Shown: one piece after another, positions 63,808 to 64,000 of the stretch
Numbering within the stretch: the stretch's first letter is position 1
Layout of the letters: each line of letters begins with the position of its first letter
Origin: Victivallaceae bacterium
GTDB taxonomy: Bacteria; Verrucomicrobiota; Lentisphaeria; Victivallales; Victivallaceae
NCBI GenBank assembly: GCA_045635745.1
Contig: JAZTWG010000053.1
Location: 8,883-72,882 of the forward strand
Direction: 5' to 3'
Length of the DNA: 64,000 nt
Made by a program: the position numbers and the translations under genes
The notes under the pieces: model-generated
Told to the model about the DNA's origin: nothing
Databases searched by the model: none
Seen by the model: the letters and a program-made list of their open reading frames with translations, nothing else

Positions 63808-64000
63808 ATGGGAGTGAATACAAAAATCTCCAGCAGTCTGGAAGATTATCTGGAAGCTATTGCCGATTTGATCGATGCCAACGGCCACGCGCACAGTAAA
63901 GAGCTTGCCGAGCGTTTGCAGGTCAAGATGCCCTCGGTTACCAATGCTTTGCAGGCGTTGGCGGCGCGGGATCTGATCGTCTACCGTTCGCATCAGCCGG
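63808..64000 (+). CDS. DtxR/MntR-family metal-dependent transcriptional regulator, N-terminal 64 codons (continues past the right edge)
   Basis: My translation from ATG 63808: MGVNTKISSSLEDYLEAIADLIDANGHAHSKELAERLQVKMPSVTNALQALAARDLIVYRSHQP. The EDYLE..I and winged-helix PSVT pattern is typical of DtxR/MntR. It is absent from the ORF track because it has no in-window stop. Confidence 0.7.
   Translation, partial: MGVNTKISSSLEDYLEAIADLIDANGHAHSKELAERLQVKMPSVTNALQALAARDLIVYRSHQP

Noticed and set aside
1-64000. CRISPR arrays, transposases/IS elements, prophage or recognisable defence-system genes
   Set aside because: Reading by eye, I found no regularly spaced direct repeats and no Cas, transposase, integrase, reverse-transcriptase or restriction-modification signatures in any credible ORF. 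A repeat-finder would be needed to be certain about short arrays.

Overview
Chromosomal window. By eye it is moderately GC-rich, except for the AT-rich left ~2.1 kb. I call 55 protein-coding genes, one tRNA-Thr(UGU), one candidate cobalamin riboswitch, and several intrinsic terminators and sigma70-like promoters. Two genes are cut by the window edges and are absent from the supplied ORF track. One is a 56-aa ferredoxin below the track's size cut-off. Most content is housekeeping: accA, speE/speD, lspA, miaA, gyrA-folP-yraN, mnmE, leuS, an lptF/G-family permease and tig. Two prepilin-type proteins with a C-terminal H-X9-DG motif and a ~690-aa long-form GreA point to the PVC superphylum, probably Lentisphaerota/Victivallales-like. 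This taxonomy is inference only. Best candidate for something undescribed: at 22.6-27.0 kb a TTGACA-16-TATATT promoter and a cobalamin-riboswitch-like leader precede two tandem H-X9-DG pseudopilin-like genes. These run without a break into a BtuF/BtuC/BtuD-type ABC importer, and no TonB-dependent receptor is present. This suggests that members of the functionally unassigned PVC pseudopilin-like family act in corrinoid capture. Second candidate: a tightly packed seven-gene plus-strand block at 37.4-47.8 kb. It holds three SPFH/band-7 proteins (one with a His/Asp/Glu-rich insertion) and a P1B-type ATPase with CPG in place of CPC and no N-terminal metal-binding domain. It also holds an ABC ATPase, an ABC-2-like permease and an unrecognised Trp-rich membrane-anchored protein. 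Other points: a tandem-duplicated AdoMetDC, a structured gene-free 560 nt after the tRNA, nested perfect inverted repeats at 35.0 kb, and an AraL/AraM-like pair. The many very long antisense ORFs in the track are codon-register shadows of real genes and are rejected. No CRISPR array, transposase, integrase or recognisable defence gene was seen.
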